A stretch of DNA of 64,000 nt. It comes from a candidate division WOR-3 bacterium (lineage in GTDB: Bacteria; Hydrothermota; 32-111). A model generated the notes under the pieces. The model did no database searches, was not told the DNA's origin, and saw only the letters and a list, made by a program, of their open reading frames with translations. Below, piece after piece: positions 7,292-15,776 of the stretch; the first letter of the stretch is position 1, and each line of letters begins with the position of its first letter. Made by a program: the position numbers and the translations under genes. The DNA is taken from NCBI GenBank assembly GCA_037481815.1, contig JBBFKX010000002.1, positions 320,001 through 384,000 of the forward strand, read 5' to 3'.

Positions 7292-10200
7292 TCACACTTC
7301 ACATTTTTCCCTTTTGATCTTTGTTTCAACTATTGAGTAAATAACAGGAACAAGTATCAGTGTGACGACGGTTGAAAAAGAGAGTCCGCCAATTACAACT
7401 ATCCCAAGAGATCTCCACATTTCAGCACCTTCCTTTGTGCTCAAGGCAAGTGGAAGTAGGCCAAAAATGGTTGTTAAAGTTGTCATGAGGACCGGTCTTA
7501 ATCTTCTCTTTCCTGCCAATGCAACAGCATCACACAAACTTACTCCATTCTCTCTGAGTTGATTCATATAACTTACAAGAACTATAGCATTGTTTACCAC
7601 TATTCCAACAAGCATAAGCATTCCGACAAATCCCATTATCGAAAGAGTAGTGTTCGTTAAGAACAAAGCAAGAATAACACCAGTGAAAGCAAATGGTATT
7701 GAGAAAAATATTATGAAAGGATCAAGAAACGATTCAAACTGAGCAGCCATTACAAGAAATACCAAAATTATTCCAATAACTATTGCTATCGAAAGATCTC
7801 TAAAAGATTCCTGCTGACTTTTTACATCTCCACTGTTTATAATAGTTATTTCTTGAGGAACAGAAATTTCCGAAATCATCTTTTGAACTTTCCTGTTACC
7901 ATCTGAAAGTGATATGTTGTTAAGGTTTGCCTGTACACTGATATATCTCATCCTGTTTTTTCTTTCAATTGTTGGTGGCTGTTTGGTCAATTTTATCGAT
8001 GCAACACTTGAGAGCGGGACATTAAAATTAGCAGGCGTTGTTATCGGTAATGACTTCAAATTGTTGATATTTCTTAGGTACTTTTTATCAAAGAATACGT
8101 TTATATCATATTCATAACCATCTTTTCTGAAAACTGAGGGAATATTTCCATTTATACCATTTCTTAAACTCAACATCAAATAATAGTTGTTCACTCCAAA
8201 ATTCGCAACACTTTCTTTCTTCGGGATAACAGAGATATCTTCTATCTCTTCTTCTCTTGATATCGAAACATCCACAAAACTACCATCATCCTCTATCTTC
8301 TTTTTCAATTCTTTTGCGATAGAAAAAGTTTTTGAAATATCTTCTCCGTATATTTCAACAGCTATTTGTTTTTGATTTGAAAACCCTCCAGCAAAATTTG
8401 AACTCATCTCAACATTTTTTACTTCAGGATAACTCTGAATAAATTTCCTTATTGAAGAAAGATTCTCTTTCACCTGATTTATCGAAAGGTTATCTTTGAA
8501 CGCTATAATTATCGTTGAAGAGTATTGGGTAGAACCACCAAACATTCTCCCACTTGTACCACCAGCATAGAAAACAAAATTTTCAACATCAGGAAAATTA
8601 TTTTTTATTTTTTTCCCTATTTCAGTCATAATACTATCTGTAACTTCTATTCTCAGACCAGGAGAAAGATTTACAGTTCCTCTTACTCTATTTCCACCAA
8701 AAGATGAAAAGAATTCTGTCTTTATTGAGGGAAGAAGGAACAAAACACCAACAAAAATAACCACAACAGTAATTATTATAAATTTTTTATTTCTCATCGA
8801 ATATGATAAAAAATCTGAATAGAACTGTTCAACATCGTTAAACCATTTTTCAGTTATGTTATGAAACCTTTCGAGAAATTTTTCTTTATATTTTAACAGT
8901 TTTGAGCTTAACATCGGTGTTAAAGTTATGGAAATAAAAAGTGATGCAAAAAGAACAACTGAGACCGTGTACGCTAACTGTTTAAATAGAAATGAGGTAA
9001 ATCCTTCTATAATAAGAAGTGGAATAAAGATTGCAATTGTTGTTAGAGTTGACGCAAATATAGCTCCAATTACCTCATTCGTTCCATCGAGTGCTGCGTT
9101 TTTAATCTCCTTCTTTTCCTCATCTTTATGTCTGTAAATATTTTCAAGAACAACTATCGAATTATCCACCACCATACCTAAAGCGATCGAGAGCGATGCC
9201 AGGGAGATAATGTTCAAAGTTGATTTTGCAAGGTAAAGATATATGATTCCAAATATAAGAGAAAATGGAAGTGATAATGATATTATCAAACTACCTGTTA
9301 TATTTCTTAAAAATATAAACACAATTATCACAACAAAGATAAAAGCATATAAAATTGTCGAAGAGAGATTGCTTATAGAATTTGTTATCTGTTTTGATGT
9401 ATCAAAAACAATGTTGATAGTTGTTCCTTCGGGATACATATTTTTAATATCTTTCAACCTTCGATTCAATTCTTCGACAATCTTTACAGTGTTCGCATTT
9501 GATTGCTTCTGAATAACAACAACCATTCCTTCTTTTCCGTTAATTTTTGCAACACCTTCGATTTCTCCCTGAGAAAAGTCAATATCCGCAACATTATATA
9601 AATAAACAGGATTTTTTCCAGAATAACCTACTATCGTTTTTGATATATCATTTACAGATGTATATTCTCCAGGTAACCTTAAAGAATAACTTCTTATGCC
9701 TTGTCTTACTTCCCCAAGAGGTATATTCAAATTGTTCGCAGAAATCATCGAATTGATCTGAGATAAAGATATGTTGTACTTTATCAGGTCTGGTATTCTA
9801 ACTTTCACATTTACTTTCTTTTTACTTGAAGATGTTATCGAAACAGCTCCAACACCTGGGATCTGTCTTATCTTATCAAGAACAACCTTTTCTGTGAAAT
9901 CGTACATTTTTGCAACTTCACCTTCATTTTCAAAAACTATTGTTACAGTAGCAACCGGAATCATTGATGTTGAGAATTTGAAAACTGTTGGTGTTTGAGC
10001 ATCTTCAGGTAAAGAACTCTTTATGAGTTCGATCTGGGTTCTTATATCGTTTGCAGCAGCATCAAGGTTTTTACCCCAGTTAAAGGAAACTGTAACAAAA
10101 GAAACCGATTCCATCGAATTTGAATTTATCTCTGTCACATCTGGAACCATCGAAATCGCTGACTCTATTTTTTTCGTTATCTGCTCCTCAACATCGATAC

Positions 10201-10360
10201 TCGAAGCCCCTGGATATACGGTTATTATGGAAATTTGAGGTAACTCAATGTTTGGAAGCATTTCAAGAGAAAGATTTTTAAATGAAAGAAAACCAAATAT
10301 CAATATAACAATAAAAACAACTATAATAAAAATTGGTCTTCTGATAGATAGTTTTACCAT
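7292..10360 (-). CDS. RND efflux permease, AcrB/AcrD/AcrF family
   Basis: 1022 aa; SIRRP N-terminus, YPGASSIDVE, GMVVDNSIVVLEN, GIVVNNAI, RLRPVLMT. Confidence 0.95.
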   Translation of the reverse strand: MVKLSIRRPIFIIVVFIVILIFGFLSFKNLSLEMLPNIELPQISIITVYPGASSIDVEEQITKKIESAISMVPDVTEINSNSMESVSFVTVSFNWGKNLDAAANDIRTQIELIKSSLPEDAQTPTVFKFSTSMIPVATVTIVFENEGEVAKMYDFTEKVVLDKIRQIPGVGAVSITSSSKKKVNVKVRIPDLIKYNISLSQINSMISANNLNIPLGEVRQGIRSYSLRLPGEYTSVNDISKTIVGYSGKNPVYLYNVADIDFSQGEIEGVAKINGKEGMVVVIQKQSNANTVKIVEELNRRLKDIKNMYPEGTTINIVFDTSKQITNSISNLSSTILYAFIFVVIIVFIFLRNITGSLIISLSLPFSLIFGIIYLYLAKSTLNIISLASLSIALGMVVDNSIVVLENIYRHKDEEKKEIKNAALDGTNEVIGAIFASTLTTIAIFIPLLIIEGFTSFLFKQLAYTVSVVLFASLFISITLTPMLSSKLLKYKEKFLERFHNITEKWFNDVEQFYSDFLSYSMRNKKFIIITVVVIFVGVLFLLPSIKTEFFSSFGGNRVRGTVNLSPGLRIEVTDSIMTEIGKKIKNNFPDVENFVFYAGGTSGRMFGGSTQYSSTIIIAFKDNLSINQVKENLSSIRKFIQSYPEVKNVEMSSNFAGGFSNQKQIAVEIYGEDISKTFSIAKELKKKIEDDGSFVDVSISREEEIEDISVIPKKESVANFGVNNYYLMLSLRNGINGNIPSVFRKDGYEYDINVFFDKKYLRNINNLKSLPITTPANFNVPLSSVASIKLTKQPPTIERKNRMRYISVQANLNNISLSDGNRKVQKMISEISVPQEITIINSGDVKSQQESFRDLSIAIVIGIILVFLVMAAQFESFLDPFIIFFSIPFAFTGVILALFLTNTTLSIMGFVGMLMLVGIVVNNAIVLVSYMNQLRENGVSLCDAVALAGKRRLRPVLMTTLTTIFGLLPLALSTKEGAEMWRSLGIVVIGGLSFSTVVTLILVPVIYSIVETKIKREKCEV

Positions 10361-10363
10361 AGT

Positions 10364-11224
10364 TCACCTAACCTTCACTTTCTGTCCATCTTTTAACATA
10401 TCTGAACCGATAGTCACAACAGTGTCTCCAATATTTAAACCTGATATTATCTCTACCTGTGATTCATTTTTGAGACCAGTTTTAACATCTACTTTGTTTG
10501 CGATGCCATTTTTCAAAACAAAAACATATTCACCAATTTGATCATTTTTAACAGATTCAAATGGGACAGTTAAAACATCTTCTTTCTTTTCTAAAAGTAT
10601 TTTTACTGTACAACCTTTATTTATTAAATTCCCATCACCTGTAAACAGTACATCAATACTACCAAGATTTGTATAATTGTTTGGATATTTTGAAACTCTG
10701 ATAACCTTTCCGTTAAACTTTTTTTCGTCAACTTCAACCTGTGCAAAAGTTCCATTTTTAATTTTTTCAAGCAATTCAGAGGAAACTGAAATTTTTGCAA
10801 TTTTGTTTACATCATCAACTATCATACATACAGGTGTTTGGTTTGTTACAAAATCTCCTTTGTTTATTGATAATTCATAAACTCTTCCATCTATAGGAGA
10901 GATTACCTTCGCTTTTTCAAAAGAAACCCCGGGAATCGATCTGTCTATTTCAGCTATAATCTGATCTTTCCTTACATATTCACCCTCTGATACCTTGTAT
11001 TCCAGAAATCTACCGGGAACATCAGGAAACACTTCTGTTTGTTTATAACCTTCTATTTTTCCATAAAAATCCTGATATATTTTTATTTCCTGTTTCTCTA
11101 CCAAAGTATAGGAAACTGTTCTTATAAATTCCTCACTTTTCATCGGCTTATTTCTTGTTTTTGAAAAGATAACGAAAACGATCAAAACAACAACGATCGA
11201 TAAGATAACAAAAAATTTTTTCAT
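10364..11224 (-). CDS. RND periplasmic adaptor (membrane fusion protein)
   Basis: N-terminal TM, lipoyl-like halves (VSEGEYVRKDQ; SPIDGRV), C-terminal VEIISGLNIGDTVVT; lies between TolC and the RND permease. Confidence 0.9.
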   Translation of the reverse strand: MKKFFVILSIVVVLIVFVIFSKTRNKPMKSEEFIRTVSYTLVEKQEIKIYQDFYGKIEGYKQTEVFPDVPGRFLEYKVSEGEYVRKDQIIAEIDRSIPGVSFEKAKVISPIDGRVYELSINKGDFVTNQTPVCMIVDDVNKIAKISVSSELLEKIKNGTFAQVEVDEKKFNGKVIRVSKYPNNYTNLGSIDVLFTGDGNLINKGCTVKILLEKKEDVLTVPFESVKNDQIGEYVFVLKNGIANKVDVKTGLKNESQVEIISGLNIGDTVVTIGSDMLKDGQKVKVR

Positions 11225-11235
11225 TTAATTCCTCC

Positions 11236-12558
11236 TTAAAGAACTCCGAGATAATTTAAAATTGACAGTTTATTTATGATGATATCATAAATAGATTTTA
11301 GATATCCCACCTGTGCGTTTATATATTTCGTTTCAGCATCTATATAATCAACATTACTTATAATACCTCTATTGTATTGTTCTGTTGCGGTTAAGTATGC
11401 TTCCTTTGAAAGATCCACAGTTTTTTCAAAAATCTTTAGATTCTCTTGTGAATTTTCGTAGTTTTTTATCAAAAGTTCGAGATCAACAGGTATCCTTTCT
11501 TTTAGAAGGAGATAACTCATGTTCACTTGTTTTTCCTGCTTCTTTGATTTCAAAATGTTCAAAACTCTGCTTCCACCAGAAAAAAGATCAAGATTCACTG
11601 AAACTCCAAGATTGTATGATCCATCAAAATATGAAGAATCTGAAATATAAGAATAGTAATTCTTATAGTTGTATGAAGTGAAAAAAGCAACATTAGGAAT
11701 AAAGGATGAAGAGTTTAACAATGTTGCTTTTTTCGATATATTTTTTGAAATTTCAAGATTTCTCAACTCACTTTTATTTTTGAAGCATATATCTAACAAT
11801 TTTTCCTTGGTTAATGAATCCAGTCCAAGAGTATCAAATTTATCAACAGTAATAAAAGAAAGAGAATCGGTTAAAATTATACTATCTTTAATATCCATTC
11901 CGAGCAAAAACTTTAAACTGTTTAAAAGATTGTCTCTCTGTTTTATAAGATTTTTTAATTCTATTTTACTGTTTTCAAAATCAACTTCTGAAGAAAGTTT
12001 TTCAAGTTTACTCGATGTACCAAGATTGTATTTTGATAGAGTCACTTTATAATGATTTTCTTTTGCATCAATAATCTTTTTATTAACATCTATCATTTGA
12101 TCAAAAAGTTTTATTGAAAGATATAATTGAATGACAGAAAACTTTATATCCCTTTTTGCTTTTTCAAGTTCAATTTTAGACATTTGGAGTCTATCCTTTG
12201 AAACCATATAGCCAAGAATAAGTTTTCCTCCAAGAAAAACTGGTTGTGAGAGTTTTACATCCAGAGAATAGTTGTTCTGTTCACCAACTTTTATTCTCAT
12301 AGGTCCAAGAGCAGTGTTAACATATGTTGTTGGAACCGTATCCAATCTGACAAAGGTTCCAGTTGATGTTACTTTTGGAAAGAAGTTTGTAATTGAAAGT
12401 AGCAAATCTTCGTTCGCTATATTAACATTTTCCTCTGAAATTTTTATCTGTAAATTGTTAACGTAAGCTTTGTTAATAGCTTCATCAAGAGTCAAACCTG
12501 ATACAAGTAAAAAGGAATAATAAAAAACCAAAAGCATCAAAAAAAACTTTTTTTGCAT
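11236..12558 (-). CDS. TolC-family outer membrane efflux protein
   Basis: Signal peptide; LTLDEAINKA, YNLGTSSKLE and YNRGIISNVDY OEP repeats. Confidence 0.9.
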   Translation of the reverse strand: MQKKFFLMLLVFYYSFLLVSGLTLDEAINKAYVNNLQIKISEENVNIANEDLLLSITNFFPKVTSTGTFVRLDTVPTTYVNTALGPMRIKVGEQNNYSLDVKLSQPVFLGGKLILGYMVSKDRLQMSKIELEKAKRDIKFSVIQLYLSIKLFDQMIDVNKKIIDAKENHYKVTLSKYNLGTSSKLEKLSSEVDFENSKIELKNLIKQRDNLLNSLKFLLGMDIKDSIILTDSLSFITVDKFDTLGLDSLTKEKLLDICFKNKSELRNLEISKNISKKATLLNSSSFIPNVAFFTSYNYKNYYSYISDSSYFDGSYNLGVSVNLDLFSGGSRVLNILKSKKQEKQVNMSYLLLKERIPVDLELLIKNYENSQENLKIFEKTVDLSKEAYLTATEQYNRGIISNVDYIDAETKYINAQVGYLKSIYDIIINKLSILNYLGVL

Positions 12559-12560
12559 TT

Positions 12561-13139
12561 TCACTCCTTAATTAATATTTTTAGTACATTTTCTTTAATA
12601 TATTTTATTCTCTTCTGGTCAAGTTGTGTCTCAAGAAAGATGATTCTCGAAATCTCCATATGTATCAAACCAACTATCATCATAGTTAAAATTTCACTAT
12701 TTAAATCTTTAAAAATATTTTTTTGAATCCCATCATCTATTATATCCTTCAATATCTGAAACCTTTTTACAACTATTTTTCGATCGATTCCTCTTGAAAA
12801 ATCAAACAACTCTTTATTTGAATTCAGATTGTTCATAGTAAAAAATTTCACCTTATTTACATTTTCTACCATTATCTCCAAAAATGATTCTATATATTTT
12901 TCAACTTTCAAGGATGGTGAATCCACTTTTTCAACAGATTTTTTAATCTCTTCATTACAATTGTTTATAGCATAGTTTATAGTTGAAATAAAAAGTTCTT
13001 TTTTGTTTTTGAAATATAGATATATTGTTCCTTTTCCAACATTCGCTTTTTTTGCAATACTATCGACATCCGTCTCAAAATATCCTCTTTTCCCAAAAAG
13101 TTCTAAAGATGCTTCTAAAATTTTACTTTTTTTATCCAT
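12561..13139 (-). CDS. TetR/AcrR family transcriptional regulator
   Basis: HTH: ILEASLELFGKRGY..IAKKANVGKGTIYLYFKNKKEL. Confidence 0.95.
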   Translation of the reverse strand: MDKKSKILEASLELFGKRGYFETDVDSIAKKANVGKGTIYLYFKNKKELFISTINYAINNCNEEIKKSVEKVDSPSLKVEKYIESFLEIMVENVNKVKFFTMNNLNSNKELFDFSRGIDRKIVVKRFQILKDIIDDGIQKNIFKDLNSEILTMMIVGLIHMEISRIIFLETQLDQKRIKYIKENVLKILIKE

Positions 13140-13145
13140 CTTGAT

Positions 13146-13174
13146 AATATAATTAAAACTGACCGGTCAGTCAA
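13146..13174 (-). promoter_or_regulatory. tetR operon promoter with an overlapping palindromic operator
   Basis: TTGACT (13174-13169), 17 nt, TATATT (13151-13146); perfect 14-bp palindrome ACTGACCGGTCAGT at 13158-13171. Confidence 0.75.
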
Positions 13175-13247
13175 GATGTTTTTTCAAAATTTCTATTGAA
13201 ATTTTATATTATTTTATTATACTAAAAAATGGTAAAAAAGGAGAAAT

Positions 13248-14156
13248 ATGATTGTTGAATGTCCAAAGTGTCATAAAAAATATGAAATCGATGAAATGTA
13301 TATTCCTATTGGCGGTGCTCCAATAAGATGTCCCAACTGTAAAAATATTTTTGGAATATATGTTGAACCTATAGATATTCCTATGACAGAGGTTTCAGAC
13401 GAAAATATACCTTCTTCAACTTTTGAAACACCAGTTGAAGAATCAAAAAAACCATCTTTTGAAGAGAACTCGATTTCAACACAATTTGAAGAAAAAAAAG
13501 TTGAAGAGAGCGAAATTCCCACTTTTCCAGACATGGATCAATTTGGAAAATTTTCAAGTGAAGCAGAAGAAATTCCATTTTCTTCTAAAAAAACCAGTTT
13601 TGAACCAAAGGTTGAAGAGGTGAAAAAAGAGGAACCTTTTGTGAATCCTTTCGCTCAACCACAACCTCAAAAACCAGTTCAACAACCACCATTCCAGCAG
13701 CCTGATTTCGGTGTTCCTCCAGCTTTCACTCAACCAAAGGTTGAAGAGGTGAAAAAAGAGGAGCCGTTTGTGAATCCTTTCGCACAACCACAAAGACCTT
13801 TACAACAGCCAACCCAGACAGTTCAAGCAGGTAAAGCAGGTTCTCCAATGTTTGATGTATTACTTGCTGGATTCAATCTTCCACCAGATTTTAAATCACT
13901 TCCTGAAAATGTTCAAAAACTTCATAAAGATGCGATCAAACTCGCAAGACAACTTGCCAAAGATATTCTTCTTTATCATAAGGATGAGGTTGAAAGAGGA
14001 TTGACATCTGGAAACATAAAAGAAGTTTTGAAAGAGGAAATCGAAAAATCTTACAAATTCTACTCTCAAAGGATACCCGCAGAAATAGTTAATTCAACAA
14101 ACTATTTCAATGAAGCTTTAAATAAGATAATCTGTAAAGGACAGAACATTTTTTAA
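13248..14156 (+). CDS. Zinc-ribbon (MJ0042-type) protein with an acidic Pro/Gln-rich linker and a RomX-like C-terminal helical domain
   Basis: CPKC..CPNC N-terminus; low-complexity linker; C-terminus AIKLARQLAKDILLYH..EVLKEEIEKS..Y..R..NYFNEALNKII. Confidence 0.8.
   Translation: MIVECPKCHKKYEIDEMYIPIGGAPIRCPNCKNIFGIYVEPIDIPMTEVSDENIPSSTFETPVEESKKPSFEENSISTQFEEKKVEESEIPTFPDMDQFGKFSSEAEEIPFSSKKTSFEPKVEEVKKEEPFVNPFAQPQPQKPVQQPPFQQPDFGVPPAFTQPKVEEVKKEEPFVNPFAQPQRPLQQPTQTVQAGKAGSPMFDVLLAGFNLPPDFKSLPENVQKLHKDAIKLARQLAKDILLYHKDEVERGLTSGNIKEVLKEEIEKSYKFYSQRIPAEIVNSTNYFNEALNKIICKGQNIF
13603..13793 (+). repeat. 62-bp intragenic direct repeat (13603-13664 and 13732-13793) encoding PKVEEVKKEEPFVNPFAQPQ twice
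   Basis: Direct comparison shows three differences, all synonymous. Confidence 0.9.
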
Positions 14157-15688
14157 TATTTAAATGCTGAACCACCAACAAATTCTCTTAGAACAGAGGT
14201 TGGTGGTATTTTTTCAACCGAAATCTCTTTGAAAAAAGAAAGAATGAAAAGTAATCTTTTCGCATCAAGATAAAATTCGCTATTTTCATCAATTTCTTGT
14301 AATAAAGGTCTGGCAAAATTTTTTAAAACTGAAAGTTCATATAAAAGTGAAGAGTTGAAAAAGAAATCTGCACTTTCCTGAAAAGGGAAGATATTCTTTT
14401 CCTCTCCATCCCTAACATGTTTCCACATTCTAAGAGTATTTTCAGCAGTATGGTTTCTAAAAAGATAATCTCTAACGATTCTCCTGATCAATCTATTATC
14501 TGTAGTTGAAATTCTATGTGTGTTGTCTATATTTATCTGGGTTAACGCTGAAACATATATTTTCAGTTTTAACTCTTTTGGAATCGATTCTGTTAGTTTT
14601 TCATTCAATCCATGTATTCCTTCAATCACAAGAATCGAGTCCTTCCCCATTTTCAATTTTGTTCCATCTTTTAATCTTTTCCCGGTTTGAAAATCAAATT
14701 TAGGATTTATAATCTCTTCTCCCTTTATTAAGGAATTCAGATTTCTATTAAAAAGTTCAATATCCAAAGCATCTATTGATTCAAAATCTTTTTTACCATC
14801 TCTGTTGACTTTTATTTTATCGTTATCAAGGAAATAATCATCAAGAGATATTCCAACAACTGAAAGTCCAAGAACCTTTAACTGTATTGATAATCTTTTT
14901 AAAAAGGTTGTTTTACCCGATGAGGAAGGTCCCGCTATAAGTATAATCTTTAGTTTTCCTCTCCTGGAATCAACATGGTTTGCTATTTCAACTATCTTTT
15001 TTTCATGTAACGCTTCACATACATACACAAGTTCAAATATTTCATCATTCTCTATCGATTCCCTGATATTTTTTACTGACCTCCATCCAAGTACTTTTGC
15101 CCAATTTTCCGACTCATTAAAAATCGCAAAAAGTTTTTTTTGATCTTTTTTTACATTTTCCTCAGAAAGATATGCAATAAAACCGGGGGGATAATATTTT
15201 ATAAAAGATCCTTTTAACAGAGATGATGAATCTACAACCGGTGTGAAGAAAAATTCTTTTACATTGTTGTACTCACACAAAAACCCACCTGACATTTCTG
15301 AACTGGTTAAAACATCAAACTTATCCTTATCATCCTTGAAAATTTCAAGAAGTTCATCTTTTGTTTTATATTTTGAAGAAAGTTTTTCATTGTTCTCTAT
15401 CCTTTTTTCAAGAATATCGTTAATTCTGTTGATATCGTTCTCACAGAGTAAGGTTTCAGAAAAAACTTCACAATAGAGTCCTCCATTTATTGTATGTTCC
15501 ACATTCAAAATAGCGTTCTTAAAATTCGAGGTTATGATATCTTTTAAAAGTAAAATCAAACTGTTCTGAAGAACAAGTTTTCCATAAAAAGAATCAGAAT
15601 AAACAGGATTTTTTTCTTCATACGAAAAATTATCTTCAAGTGGTATCAATCTGTTTTTTCTTTCAAAACAAACTATCTTTCTTTCCAT
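14153..15688 (-). CDS. Nucleoside (uridine) kinase / PRK family with a ThrRS-like N-terminal region
   Basis: P-loop IAGPSSSGKTT, ISLDDYF, IEGIHGLN, RLIRRIVRD, GEEKNIFPFQE, LREFVGGS. Confidence 0.9.
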   Translation of the reverse strand: MERKIVCFERKNRLIPLEDNFSYEEKNPVYSDSFYGKLVLQNSLILLLKDIITSNFKNAILNVEHTINGGLYCEVFSETLLCENDINRINDILEKRIENNEKLSSKYKTKDELLEIFKDDKDKFDVLTSSEMSGGFLCEYNNVKEFFFTPVVDSSSLLKGSFIKYYPPGFIAYLSEENVKKDQKKLFAIFNESENWAKVLGWRSVKNIRESIENDEIFELVYVCEALHEKKIVEIANHVDSRRGKLKIILIAGPSSSGKTTFLKRLSIQLKVLGLSVVGISLDDYFLDNDKIKVNRDGKKDFESIDALDIELFNRNLNSLIKGEEIINPKFDFQTGKRLKDGTKLKMGKDSILVIEGIHGLNEKLTESIPKELKLKIYVSALTQINIDNTHRISTTDNRLIRRIVRDYLFRNHTAENTLRMWKHVRDGEEKNIFPFQESADFFFNSSLLYELSVLKNFARPLLQEIDENSEFYLDAKRLLFILSFFKEISVEKIPPTSVLREFVGGSAFKY

Positions 15689-15697
15689 AAATTTTTC

Positions 15698-15769
15698 AGC
15701 TGGTGGGCGGATTTGAACCGCCGACCCGCGCTTTACGAAAGCGCTGCTCTACCACTGAGCCACACCAGC
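15698..15769 (-). tRNA. tRNA-Thr(CGT), CCA not encoded
   Basis: Cloverleaf GCTGGTG..GCTCAGTGGTAGAGC..GCGCT-TTCGTAA-AGCGC..GGTTCAAATCC..CACCAGC-T. Confidence 0.95.
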
Positions 15770-15776
15770 AAAATTT

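Noticed and set aside
15698..15769. Link between tRNA-Thr(CGT) and the ACG start of thiE
   Set aside because: Initiation uses tRNA-fMet; the co-occurrence is coincidental
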